Assembly (NCBI GenBank): GCA_045598525.1
Contig: JAZLMH010000023.1
Span: forward strand, 81,201-145,200
DNA: 64,000 nucleotides
Reading direction: 5' to 3'
Origin: Bacilli bacterium
GTDB taxonomy: Bacteria > Bacillota_I > Bacilli_A > RFN20 > CAG-826
A program made the translations under genes and the position numbers. Positions 8,604 to 17,664 of the stretch are shown one piece after another (position 1 is the stretch's first letter; every line of letters starts with the position of its first letter). The notes under the pieces were generated by a model. That model did not search any database. It saw only the letters and a program-made list of their open reading frames with translations, and was not told where the DNA came from.

Positions 8604-9473
8604 TTAATTTATTGTTTTTGTTACCCTAACAACATAGCCAAGGTTTTTAAATTTTTTCGCCGCTTCTTTAACAAAGTGGGCATCTTTTGAGAGGCCGAAA
8701 CAGGCAGATCCACTTCCAGTCATGGCGGCAACAGGGAATCCAGCACTTTTGAGTTGTTCAACAACATCCTTAACTTCCGGAAGAATTTGTGTTGCAGGCA
8801 AGTACAAATCGTTGCCAATAGACGCGCTTAACTTAGCAAAATCATCCATTTTTAGAGCCTCAAGGACATCTTCAGAATTGATGCTTGTTTTTTCACAAGA
8901 GTCGGAAACTTCATAAACTTCTTTTGTACTGAGACCTTTTTGAGGTTTCACAATTAAACAATGGTATGTCGATTTAACACTTATTTCTTTCAATTGCTCT
9001 CCTAAACCGGTTACAAAACTAGGTTTGCCTTCAATAAAGAATGGGACATCAGCGCCAATGCTTAAAGCCACTCTATTGATTACCTCTGGATCCGCTTTTA
9101 AATTAAGAATCTTAATGATGCTTGTAATAACAGCAGCGGCATTTGAAGAACCGCCACCTAACCCTGCAGCAAAAGGGATCTCTTTATGAATGTTGATATT
9201 AAAATTGTCCTTAAAACCAAACTCTTTTCTCATGGCTTCTACAGCTTTTGTACAAAGGTTGTTGTGGAGATGAGCCAAACCCACATCATCACAAGTAATG
9301 TAAGTGTCCATCAAAGAAGGTTCTCTAGTAATTTCAATGATGTCATGAAGTTCCAAAGGTATCATGACCATTTCTAGTTCGTGATAACCGTCTTCTCTAG
9401 TTTTAACAATTTTTAGGGATAAGTTAATCTTTGCACGAGATTTAACAATTTCTGTGTTCTTTCTAAATAGCAT
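8604..9473 (-). CDS. ispE: 4-diphosphocytidyl-2-C-methyl-D-erythritol kinase
   Basis: AKINLSLKI...REDGYHEL start and GHMP-kinase motif PFAAGLGGGSSNAAAV. Confidence 0.92.
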   Translation of the reverse strand: MLFRKNTEIVKSRAKINLSLKIVKTREDGYHELEMVMIPLELHDIIEITREPSLMDTYITCDDVGLAHLHNNLCTKAVEAMRKEFGFKDNFNINIHKEIPFAAGLGGGSSNAAAVITSIIKILNLKADPEVINRVALSIGADVPFFIEGKPSFVTGLGEQLKEISVKSTYHCLIVKPQKGLSTKEVYEVSDSCEKTSINSEDVLEALKMDDFAKLSASIGNDLYLPATQILPEVKDVVEQLKSAGFPVAAMTGSGSACFGLSKDAHFVKEAAKKFKNLGYVVRVTKTIN

Positions 9474-9513
9474 ACTGTAAGGAAATTCTACTAGTTTGAT
9501 TTTTTAAATCAAT

Positions 9514-10320
9514 TTATTTAGCGAGCGCATCTAAAAGCGCTAGATAAGAAGCCAACGTTATCTCCTGAGGCCTTTTATTTGGCGCAATATTTGCTCTATT
9601 TAGAGCTTCTTTGGCTTTCTCTGCATCCTTTAAGTAACCAGTAAGGTTGTTCAAGACTGTTTTTCGCTTATGTAAAAACAAAGCAGAAGAAAGTGCGTAC
9701 AACTTATTAGCTGTTTCTGTGTCTTTGTCTTCTTTTGCTTTGAGAACAAAAACGCTTGATTCAATATGTGGTGCCGGAACAAAAGAGGCCCTAGCAACAT
9801 TGAAACCTTTCTTAAAATCACACCTATAATCGATAAGAAGCCCAAGCGGACCGTAGTCTTCGCTACCTACAGGAGCTCTAAGTCGAGCAACAACCTCTTT
9901 TTGAACCATAAATACCCCTGTTTTAAGGTTTTTTGCATTCAACAAGATTCTTTCCAAGATGGCGCTAGTAATGTAATAAGGAAGGTTGCTAATAATTTTA
10001 GTGAAAGGCTCGTAATCATATTTCATAGCGTTGCCAATAGTAGGGGTCATATGATTAGAGTCTTTGAAATCTTCTAAAAGCTTCTGAACCAACCCTTCAT
10101 CGATATCAATTAAAGTGGCTTTTGCAGATGTTTTTTCTATAAAAAATGATAAAGATCCTGCTCCAGAACCAATTTCTAAAACGCAATCTTCAGCGTTAAT
10201 TTCTGCCAAATCAACAATTCGCTTCGAGGTTTCAGGATCAATTAAAAAATTCTGACCAACTTCATGCTTCGCCAAGAGTTTATACTCTGCGATTTTTTCA
10301 AAATACTTAGTTTCGTCCAT
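9514..10320 (-). CDS. rsmA: 16S rRNA (adenine1518/1519-N6)-dimethyltransferase
   Basis: GQNFL, EIGSGAGSLS (SAM pocket), ISNLPYYITS motifs. Confidence 0.95.
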   Translation of the reverse strand: MDETKYFEKIAEYKLLAKHEVGQNFLIDPETSKRIVDLAEINAEDCVLEIGSGAGSLSFFIEKTSAKATLIDIDEGLVQKLLEDFKDSNHMTPTIGNAMKYDYEPFTKIISNLPYYITSAILERILLNAKNLKTGVFMVQKEVVARLRAPVGSEDYGPLGLLIDYRCDFKKGFNVARASFVPAPHIESSVFVLKAKEDKDTETANKLYALSSALFLHKRKTVLNNLTGYLKDAEKAKEALNRANIAPNKRPQEITLASYLALLDALAK

Positions 10321-10855
10321 CGTAAATCGCCTCCTTGAGTTCTTTTTTGCTGATGCCGAGGGCTTTCAACCTCTTTAATAAAGTTTTTCCATTTACTTGG
10401 TCTATATGAAGTTTGTTTTCTAGTTGGATTCTTCTTTTTGCTGAATCACCAACCCCCATCAAGCCGAAATCATACAGGTCGCTCATAGTCAAGTCGGATT
10501 CTGGTCCTCCCGCCTCAGGAAGCATTAAATTATCAAGAGCCTCAAGAATCGTTTGTTTATCTGATTCAGCCACACCTACTTTATGCCTTTTAATTGCCTT
10601 TTCTTTAGGTATGAAGGCGTTATATAGTCCAGGGATTTCATTATTTAATATATCCCTTATTCTTTTTCCTGGGGCATCAGGATCGGTTAGAACCACAACA
10701 TTTCTGTTTTTTGATAATTTGCGAACTAATTCAATAGTTTCACGTGAAACTTCAGAGCCATTTGTAGTCACTATATCAGCCTCCAAAAAAGACTCTAGTA
10801 AGTCCTTGTCCATCTTACCTTCAACAACAAGAACGTTATTATACTTAATCTTCAT
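10307..10855 (-). CDS. rnmV: Ribonuclease M5 (Toprim domain)
   Basis: VLVVEGKMDKDLL and VVVLTDPDAPGKRIR Toprim motifs. Start set to ATG 10855 (MKIKYNN), 1 nt after the tatD stop. Overlaps rsmA by 14 nt. Confidence 0.9.
   Translation of the reverse strand: MKIKYNNVLVVEGKMDKDLLESFLEADIVTTNGSEVSRETIELVRKLSKNRNVVVLTDPDAPGKRIRDILNNEIPGLYNAFIPKEKAIKRHKVGVAESDKQTILEALDNLMLPEAGGPESDLTMSDLYDFGLMGVGDSAKRRIQLENKLHIDQVNGKTLLKRLKALGISKKELKEAIYDGRN
10736..10751. other. parS centromere-like site (perfect 16-bp palindrome) inside rnmV
   Basis: AGTTTCACGTGAAACT. The 14-bp core GTTTCACGTGAAAC is identical to the Firmicute parS consensus TGTTNCACGTGAAACA; only the two outermost bases differ, and they differ symmetrically. 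Confidence 0.75.
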
Positions 10856-10856
10856 C

Positions 10857-11624
10857 TTATTTAACCTTAAATATGGTTTGAAAGTTGTTGGCAACAGCCT
10901 TTTCCATTTCTTCAACAGAAACACCTTTTAATTCCGCCATGGCATTTAATATTAAAGGTATGTGTTTAGGCTCATTTCTTTTTCCTCTAAAAGGCACGGG
11001 AGTCAAATACGGAGAGTCGGTCTCTGTTAAAATGCGTTCCATAGGACATCTTCTTACATTTTCTTTAGGAACAATTGAATTTTTGTATGTGATAGGGCCA
11101 TCAAAACCAAAATAAACACCAAGTTTTAAATAGCGCTCCATCATTTCTGTTGATCCGCTAAAACAATGTAAAACGCATCCGGCTTTTGGGAAGTGTTTAG
11201 ACAAAATCTCATATGTATCTTCTTCAGCGTCTCTTGCGTGAATTGAAAGCGGTAAATTCAACTCGTTTGCTAATTCTATTTGCTTTATGAACCATTCTTT
11301 TTGTTTTTCACGAACGTCTTGATCCTTAAACCAGTGATAATCTAGCCCTATCTCTCCTATGGCAATAACTTTATTGTTTTTTGCCAGTTCTTTTATTTCT
11401 TCTAGAGCTTTATCACTAACGTTCTCAAGGTTTTGCGGATGAAATCCTATTGCAGCAAAAACACAATCATACTCATTTGCAATCTGAACAGCCTTTTTCG
11501 AAGACTCTAAGTCACAGCCGATAGTCATCATTAAAGAAACGCCTGATTCGTTGGCTGATTTTATAACTTGTTCTCTTTCTTCAAAGAGTTGTTCGTCATC
11601 AATGTGGCAATGTGAATCTAACAT
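10857..11624 (-). CDS. TatD-family metal-dependent hydrolase/DNase
   Basis: MLDSHCHIDD start plus GEIGLDYH, SIHARDA and TDSPYL motifs. Start set to ATG 11624, 1 nt after the mnmE stop. Confidence 0.92.
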   Translation of the reverse strand: MLDSHCHIDDEQLFEEREQVIKSANESGVSLMMTIGCDLESSKKAVQIANEYDCVFAAIGFHPQNLENVSDKALEEIKELAKNNKVIAIGEIGLDYHWFKDQDVREKQKEWFIKQIELANELNLPLSIHARDAEEDTYEILSKHFPKAGCVLHCFSGSTEMMERYLKLGVYFGFDGPITYKNSIVPKENVRRCPMERILTETDSPYLTPVPFRGKRNEPKHIPLILNAMAELKGVSVEEMEKAVANNFQTIFKVK

Positions 11625-11625
11625 A

Positions 11626-12954
11626 TTATTTCCCAACACAGAATCTAGAGAAAATCTCATCCGTCAAATCTAGGGTTGTTCCTTCGCCTAATAGCTCTCT
11701 TGCTCCATTATAAGCTGCCATTAAATTGACGGAGACCAAATCAACCGGAGCTTGATGAACGGCGTCTTCCTTAGCCTTTATCAGATCTTGATCTATTTTC
11801 ATCAACAAACCAAGTTGTCTTGAGTTCGAAAGCGACGGAGAAGTAAAGGCAGACTCAGAAAGACCAAGTTCATCATATATTTTGTCCAAAAGAGGCTTTA
11901 TATCTCTATTGATTGCACTTATATAAATTCTATTGTCTTCCTGTTTTTTTATGAGATCGCTTTTGTTATATACGGTAATAAGAATTTTGTCTTTTGACAG
12001 TTCTTTTATTCTAAAATCTTCAGCAGATTCGCCTTTATTTGCATCAACGACAAGTATTACTAAATCTGCTTTCGCAATCGATTCTTCGCTTTTGATAATG
12101 CCTAAAGCCTCAATTTTATCGGCGCCACTTCTTATGCCTGCTGTATCCAATAAATGAAGCTGAATTCCTTTAATCGAAACATCGCCCTCAACAACGTCAC
12201 GTGTTGTTCCAGGTATGTCAGAGACGATAGCCTTTTCTTCATTCATTAATGCGTTTAATAACGAAGATTTTCCTACGTTTGGTTCCCCAACAATCGCCAC
12301 TTTGAGACCTTCTTTGACAATTTTTCCTTCTTTGCCGCCTTTAATTAGGTTCGCAATGGTTAAACGAATCTCATCGATACGTTTAACAATCAATTCTTCG
12401 TTTGCTATTTCAACGTCATCATATTCAGGAAAATCAATGTTTACCTCAATAAGAGAAAGGAGATCAGCAATTTGTTTCTTTAACGGATCAACAAGCGCAC
12501 TTGTTTTGCCCCTAAGAGACATGAGATTTAAGTTTTTTGATTCTATCGTTGTGGCGTTTATAAGGTCATTAACAGACTCAGCCTCGATTAAATCCATCTT
12601 TCCATTATAAAAAGCTCTGGATGAGAATTCTCCGCGCGTCGCATATGTGGCGCCTCTTTTCAAATAAGCCTCTATTATTTGATTAACAATCAACATAGAG
12701 CCGTGGCAGGATATTTCTATTATATCCTCCCCGGTTGCCGTATTTGGGCCTTTATAAGCGTAAATAACAGCCATATCTAGAACATTCTCGTCATCCTTTA
12801 AAACCCCATAATAAATGGCTCTATCTTTAGTCTCGCTTACCTTTTTACTAAATATTTGATCAGTCATCTCAAAAACACCGCTTCCGGTTGTTCTAATTAA
12901 GGCAAGCGCGCCTTTAATTGGTGGTGTTGCTAAAGCAATAATAACGTTACTCAT
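11626..12954 (-). CDS. mnmE: tRNA modification GTPase MnmE
   Basis: ATPPIKGALALIR N-terminus, G-domain GEPNVGKSSLLNAL / DTAGIR / NKSD, C-terminal CVGK. Confidence 0.96.
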   Translation of the reverse strand: MSNVIIALATPPIKGALALIRTTGSGVFEMTDQIFSKKVSETKDRAIYYGVLKDDENVLDMAVIYAYKGPNTATGEDIIEISCHGSMLIVNQIIEAYLKRGATYATRGEFSSRAFYNGKMDLIEAESVNDLINATTIESKNLNLMSLRGKTSALVDPLKKQIADLLSLIEVNIDFPEYDDVEIANEELIVKRIDEIRLTIANLIKGGKEGKIVKEGLKVAIVGEPNVGKSSLLNALMNEEKAIVSDIPGTTRDVVEGDVSIKGIQLHLLDTAGIRSGADKIEALGIIKSEESIAKADLVILVVDANKGESAEDFRIKELSKDKILITVYNKSDLIKKQEDNRIYISAINRDIKPLLDKIYDELGLSESAFTSPSLSNSRQLGLLMKIDQDLIKAKEDAVHQAPVDLVSVNLMAAYNGARELLGEGTTLDLTDEIFSRFCVGK

Positions 12955-12980
12955 ATATTAATTATACCTATAGGTATTCA

Positions 12981-13006
12981 AATAATAAAACAGGCCTTTC
13001 GGCCTG
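12981..13006 (-). terminator. Rho-independent terminator after jag
   Basis: Minus strand: CAGGCC-gaaa-GGCCTG followed by TTTTATTATTT. Confidence 0.6.
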
Positions 13007-13011
13007 CTTCA

Positions 13012-13617
13012 TTAATCAACGTATTTAATGGTGACTGCTCTTTCGCGTCCTTCGCCACTAGATTCAGTTTTAATGTGGTTCATGCCGTTAAGAGTGTTGT
13101 GAATGATTCTTCTCTCGTCAGCTGTCATTGGATCAAGTTTGACATCAATTTTGGTCTTAACAACTTCGCGAGCCGTTTTTTTAGCAACCCACTGAAGTCT
13201 TCCATATTTGTCTTCTTTGTAACCGCCGACATCAAGAAGAATTCTGTATCTATGACGGAATTTATTGCTAACAGCAAGCCTTGTTAATTCGTTAAGAGCC
13301 TGAAGTGTGCGACCGTTTTTACCAATGAGAATTGGGTTTCTCTTTGAATCAATGTTGAGGTGGATGATTTCTTCACTGATATTAGATGTTGTTTCTGCTT
13401 CAACACCCATTGCACCTAATGCTGTTTTGATATATTCCTCAGCATAGGCAGCTGCATCTTCGATGTCATAGATCTCGATTGTTGCTTCTTTACCAATACC
13501 GAAGAGACCTCTTTTTTCCTCTATGACCTTATAAATAAGCTGTTCAGCAGGTATACCGACAGCTTTGCTGGCTGCTTGGATTGCGTCATCGACTGTTTTA
13601 CTAGTGAAATGTTTCAT
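13012..13617 (-). CDS. khpB: Jag/KhpB RNA-binding protein (Jag_N, KH and R3H domains)
   Basis: R3H motif ERRIIHNTLNGMNHIKTESSGEG. Conserved position between yidC and mnmE. Confidence 0.9.
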   Translation of the reverse strand: MKHFTSKTVDDAIQAASKAVGIPAEQLIYKVIEEKRGLFGIGKEATIEIYDIEDAAAYAEEYIKTALGAMGVEAETTSNISEEIIHLNIDSKRNPILIGKNGRTLQALNELTRLAVSNKFRHRYRILLDVGGYKEDKYGRLQWVAKKTAREVVKTKIDVKLDPMTADERRIIHNTLNGMNHIKTESSGEGRERAVTIKYVD

Positions 13618-13629
13618 ATATAGCGTTCC

Positions 13630-15231
13630 TTATTTTTTGTTTTTCTTTGCCATTACAAATTGTGTAATGCCAGTCTGTGCCATGGAGATAAGACCACCGA
13701 TTGCCCAATAGACACCCATTGCGGCTGGAAGCATAAAACCCATGACGATTGTGAAAATTAACATGACCCATGAAACCGTCTTCATGGTTCTGTTGTTTTT
13801 CTCTGCAGCAGGGTTTGCAGAAGTTTTGCTGATTTTCTTTGTTCTAGCAGCTGAAATCCATTGTGGCAATTTCATTGCAACGAACTGGATAACAGACATG
13901 AGAATGAAGAGGATTCCAGCTGTCCACCAACCTGTAGCGTTTGCATACCAAGCGCCACTGAAATTAGTTAAAACAGAGGAGATTGTATCTGATAATCTAA
14001 GGTTTAAGACTTCACCACTTGAAAGAACAGCTGATCCTTGAAGAGCGCCCCAAACGGAAATGAAGACAGGGAACTGAACAAATATCGTGATGATTGAAGA
14101 GAACATATTAATTTTATTTCTCTTATAGAGAATCATTGTTTCTTGCTGAAGTTTTTGACGTTCAGAAGCGTTTGTATCTGAATTAGGATATTTTGCCTGA
14201 ATTCTAGCGATTTGTGGTTGTAATGACTGCATTTTCTGCTGATCCATTGTGCTCTTGAAAGTCAAAAGAACGACAACGGCTCTAACAATAAATGTAGTGA
14301 GGACTAAAGCCCAAATTTGGCCAACACCAGAAAGTCCTGGGTCAAATGCAAAGCTTAAGCTGTCCATTAAACATGAAACAGGATAGACAATTAAACCTTC
14401 AAATAAACCATGGCTCCATGCGTCTCCCCATGAAACTGAATCCATTTGAACTGACCAGTTGTTTGCTGGACCATAATGGCCGTAATCGCCTGTTTTTGTT
14501 GTGATACATGTACGAACGTTAACAACTAAATTGTTGATAGCGTTTTTATAAAGAATTGTGAAATCTGAATTTGGAACTGCTGAAATTCCGCCATCGATTT
14601 CTTTCGAAAGTTCATCTGACCATTTTTCCCAATTGCCAAAATTGAACTCATATTTGACAGTAGCTGATGAGCTATCTGCTTTTTTTGTGACAAATTTTAA
14701 ATAGCCGTAGTTTCTTAAAAGGCTTGTTTCAACGGCTTTGACATCTTTTTCATTACCTTTTGCGTCTGCTTTTGTGTATGGATTGATGTCTGATGCTTTG
14801 ATTGTTGCTTTTGAGATTGTGTTTCCATCAGCGTTCGCTGCAGTGATAGCAGCATCTAAAAGCTTTTGATCCATTCCTTTGAAGAAATCATAGGATGGAA
14901 TTGAAACATCACTCTTGATAGCGTTTGAGATAATTGTTTCGGTTAAAAATGAAGCTTTTTCAGCTTTGTATAATCCTTCTGCATCTACTGGAATATATGC
15001 ATAAAGATCATCGTTTCCCTCTGACTCATATGGTTTAAAAGCAATTGTTTTATATTCTTCTGGAACTGCTGATTCACCATCAACATAAACAGTTACACCT
15101 TGATCGTAAGGATAGGCAATCCTGGCTTTTTCAACTGGAGTACAGAAATTTGAAACGCAACCGGAAAGCAAAAGAGCGCCTGCAAAAAGGCCCAATGCTC
15201 CTAAGAATTTAAATTTAGTGCGTTTTTCCAA
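13630..15231 (-). CDS. yidC: YidC/Oxa1-family membrane insertase with lipoprotein signal and a large N-terminal extracytoplasmic domain
   Basis: TTG start 2 nt after the rnpA stop, GGAG SD. Lipobox LLLSGC. About 270-aa non-TM domain, then a YidC core (QQKMQSLQPQIARIQAKY, MILYKRNKINMF) and a basic tail. Confidence 0.9.
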   Translation of the reverse strand: MEKRTKFKFLGALGLFAGALLLSGCVSNFCTPVEKARIAYPYDQGVTVYVDGESAVPEEYKTIAFKPYESEGNDDLYAYIPVDAEGLYKAEKASFLTETIISNAIKSDVSIPSYDFFKGMDQKLLDAAITAANADGNTISKATIKASDINPYTKADAKGNEKDVKAVETSLLRNYGYLKFVTKKADSSSATVKYEFNFGNWEKWSDELSKEIDGGISAVPNSDFTILYKNAINNLVVNVRTCITTKTGDYGHYGPANNWSVQMDSVSWGDAWSHGLFEGLIVYPVSCLMDSLSFAFDPGLSGVGQIWALVLTTFIVRAVVVLLTFKSTMDQQKMQSLQPQIARIQAKYPNSDTNASERQKLQQETMILYKRNKINMFSSIITIFVQFPVFISVWGALQGSAVLSSGEVLNLRLSDTISSVLTNFSGAWYANATGWWTAGILFILMSVIQFVAMKLPQWISAARTKKISKTSANPAAEKNNRTMKTVSWVMLIFTIVMGFMLPAAMGVYWAIGGLISMAQTGITQFVMAKKNKK

Positions 15232-15233
15232 TG

Positions 15234-15560
15234 TTATTCTCCGAGATTGGTTAAGGCTTCGGTGAGTTCAAGTTTGTTGTTTTCGAAATCCAGGATGTCG
15301 TATGTAGCACGCGCTACAATCACGATATCAACCTGGCGACTCATATCTAGGCTTTTACCAATAATGTATCGTACTTGTCTTTTAATTTTATTGCGGGTAA
15401 CCGCATTGCCATTTCTCTTACTCACGGATACACCAACGCGAGCTTTATTCTCGTTATTGTTACGAAAATTTATAAGGAAATGCTTGGTTCTGATGCGTTT
15501 AGTTGTGTTGATGATCTCAGAAAACTCTTGGTATTTAAGTATTCTATTTTCTTTTTTCAT
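15234..15560 (-). CDS. rnpA: Ribonuclease P protein component
   Basis: 108 aa, basic. GVSVSKRNGNAVTRNKIKRQVR is the RNR-motif region. Located between rpmH and yidC. Confidence 0.93.
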   Translation of the reverse strand: MKKENRILKYQEFSEIINTTKRIRTKHFLINFRNNNENKARVGVSVSKRNGNAVTRNKIKRQVRYIIGKSLDMSRQVDIVIVARATYDILDFENNKLELTEALTNLGE

Positions 15561-15588
15561 CAGACAACCTAAAAATTAATTCGGAAAA

Positions 15589-15723
15589 TTAAGCAGCGAT
15601 TCTTGCTCTGCCTTTTGCACGACGACGTGCTAAAACTTTACGTCCGTTGTGGGTGGACATTCTGTTACGGAAACCTGCTTCGTGTGCGTGTTTGACTTTA
15701 GATGGTTGATATGTTTTTCTCAT
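15589..15723 (-). CDS. rpmH: 50S ribosomal protein L34
   Basis: Not in the ORF track (44 aa). My translation: [52 protein letters not shown] at 15731-15736. Confidence 0.95.
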   Translation of the reverse strand: MRKTYQPSKVKHAHEAGFRNRMSTHNGRKVLARRRAKGRARIAA

Positions 15724-16302
15724 GGTAATTTCCTCCGAGGTTCACTTACGTGCTACGCAATTATAAGTTTTAGACAAATCTAAAACAATTGTTTTTTAGA
15801 CGTTACCACTCTCGCGTGTGCGTGTTTCAATAAATAATAATATATAAAAATTGATGTTTTGACTAAGGTTTTTAAGGTGTTTTACCTATTTACAATTAAT
15901 GAATTTTATTTGTGTTTTAAATATGTTTTGGTATTTCTTAAAATTATTTTTCCACATATATTCCATTATTGGATGACTATTACCAAATTAACTTATCAAC
16001 ATATATATAAAAATTCTTATGTTGGTAATGTTAATTTTTTAAAAATATAGAGATGGTGGGCTTTTTTTATTATTAATTGTAATTGTTATTAGATTATCAA
16101 ACATAAAACTTTTCCACAAAAAATAGATTTTTAGAATTTTTTCCACAAGTTTTCCACATTGATAAGTGTGTTAATATTATAAAAACCCCATAAAACCAAG
16201 GTTATTTGAAATATGTAATGTGGAAAACTAAATCATATATGATTTTATTAAGTATTTTTATTACTTAATTGTGGTAAACTCTTATCCGTTCATTATAAAA
16301 CT
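15724..16302. other. oriC, upstream (rpmH-dnaA) DnaA-box cluster
   Basis: TTTTCCACA at 15948-15956, 16110-16118, 16139-16147 and 16150-16158. Inverted TGTGGAAAA at 16219-16227. TTATCAACA at 15983-15991. Very AT-rich, non-coding, 579 bp. Confidence 0.85.
15760..15788 (-). promoter_or_regulatory. Putative rpmH-rnpA operon promoter
   Basis: Minus strand: -35 TTGTTT (15788->15783), 17-nt spacer, -10 TATAAT (15765->15760). Confidence 0.4.
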
Positions 16303-17664
16303 ATGGAATTAACTGTATCTGAATTGACATCACTTTGGGATCGAACCTTAAGTAAAATTAAAATTAAAATAGGCGATGCTATCGTCTATGATTCTTTTTT
16401 TGCTGAAAGCTATATCCATTCAGTTCAAAATAATGAAATAGTTGTTGTCGTTAATAGTGGATTGGCTGCCACTATTATCAAAATGAAATATATAGATATT
16501 GTTAATTCGTCTATCAATGAAGTTACTGGAAGTGATTTTGATTTTATTTTTGTTACCGAAGGTGATTTAAAGAATTTAGCGGTTAAAAAACCAGCGACAA
16601 AACCTGAGTATTTTAGTGATAGTATTCTTAATCCTAACTACACTTTTAAAAATTTTGTTGTCGGTCCTTCTAATTTAGAAGCTTATCAAGCATCTTTAAT
16701 GATCAGTCAAAACCCTGGAAACCTATATAATCCTTTATTCTTATATAGTGATTCTGGTTTAGGAAAAACACATTTGTTACACGCGATTGGTAACGCAATC
16801 AAAGAAAGATATCCTGCGTTACGTGTCCAATATATTCACGCTCAAGAGTTTCTTGATGAATACGTAAAATTCGTCAAAGGCGATAAAGAGGGGATGAGTA
16901 TAGTTGATTGGTTCAAAAATTCGGTAGATGTCCTTCTTATCGACGATGTTCAATTCCTTTCAAATAAAAAAGCGACAGAAGAAACGTTTTTCTCGATATA
17001 TAACAGTTTTTATTCAGCTAATAAGCAGGTTATCCTGACAAGCGATCAGCACCCAAGTAAATTACAAGATCTTGATGAAAGATTGAAAACGAGATTTACT
17101 CAAGGTTTAGCTGTTGAAATCAACACTCCTGAAAGAGTTACATGTGAATCTATTTTAAAAATGAAGATTCAAGTCAGTAATGGTTTGGAAGTTAAGGATT
17201 TTGATGAGAATGTTATTAGTTTCATCGCTGAAAGATTCGGTAGAAACATCAGAGAATTAGAAGGTGCACTGGCAAGGCTTTTATTCTATGTAATTAACAT
17301 CAAACCAACCAAACATATCGATCTTCAGATAGCGATGGAAGCCGTTAAATCATTAACAAACATTCAAGATGAACAAGCAAAGCTTTCTGAAAAAAGAATA
17401 ACTGAGACGGTAGCTTCTTATTATGGATTAACCCCATTTCAACTTATAAGTAAGGTAAGAACAGCTCAGATAGCGATGGCTAGACATATCGCCATGTATT
17501 TAATAAGAATGATGTTAGACATACCATTCGTAAAAATCGGTCAATATTTCGGTGGAAGAGATCATGCAACTGTTATGACCGCTGTTACTAAAGTGGATAA
17601 CGAGTTGAAAACAAACAAAGAACTTCAGACCGCTATTGAAGATTTAAGAAATAAACTAAAATAG
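16303..17664 (+). CDS. dnaA: Chromosomal replication initiator protein DnaA
   Basis: AAA+ Walker A SDSGLGKTHLLHAIG, LLIDDVQFL, and the domain IV DnaA signature. No SD upstream. Confidence 0.97.
   Translation: MELTVSELTSLWDRTLSKIKIKIGDAIVYDSFFAESYIHSVQNNEIVVVVNSGLAATIIKMKYIDIVNSSINEVTGSDFDFIFVTEGDLKNLAVKKPATKPEYFSDSILNPNYTFKNFVVGPSNLEAYQASLMISQNPGNLYNPLFLYSDSGLGKTHLLHAIGNAIKERYPALRVQYIHAQEFLDEYVKFVKGDKEGMSIVDWFKNSVDVLLIDDVQFLSNKKATEETFFSIYNSFYSANKQVILTSDQHPSKLQDLDERLKTRFTQGLAVEINTPERVTCESILKMKIQVSNGLEVKDFDENVISFIAERFGRNIRELEGALARLLFYVINIKPTKHIDLQIAMEAVKSLTNIQDEQAKLSEKRITETVASYYGLTPFQLISKVRTAQIAMARHIAMYLIRMMLDIPFVKIGQYFGGRDHATVMTAVTKVDNELKTNKELQTAIEDLRNKLK

Noticed and set aside
10413-10931. 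A 172-aa plus-strand ORF.
   Set aside because: Antisense to rnmV and the tatD 3' end, both with clear family motifs. Its Ser/Leu-rich, low-complexity translation marks it as a shadow ORF.
15859-16050. A 63-aa ORF inside the rpmH-dnaA spacer.
   Set aside because: It lies in the AT-rich DnaA-box region, has no SD, and its Phe/Ile/Tyr/Lys-rich translation is typical of random AT-rich sequence.
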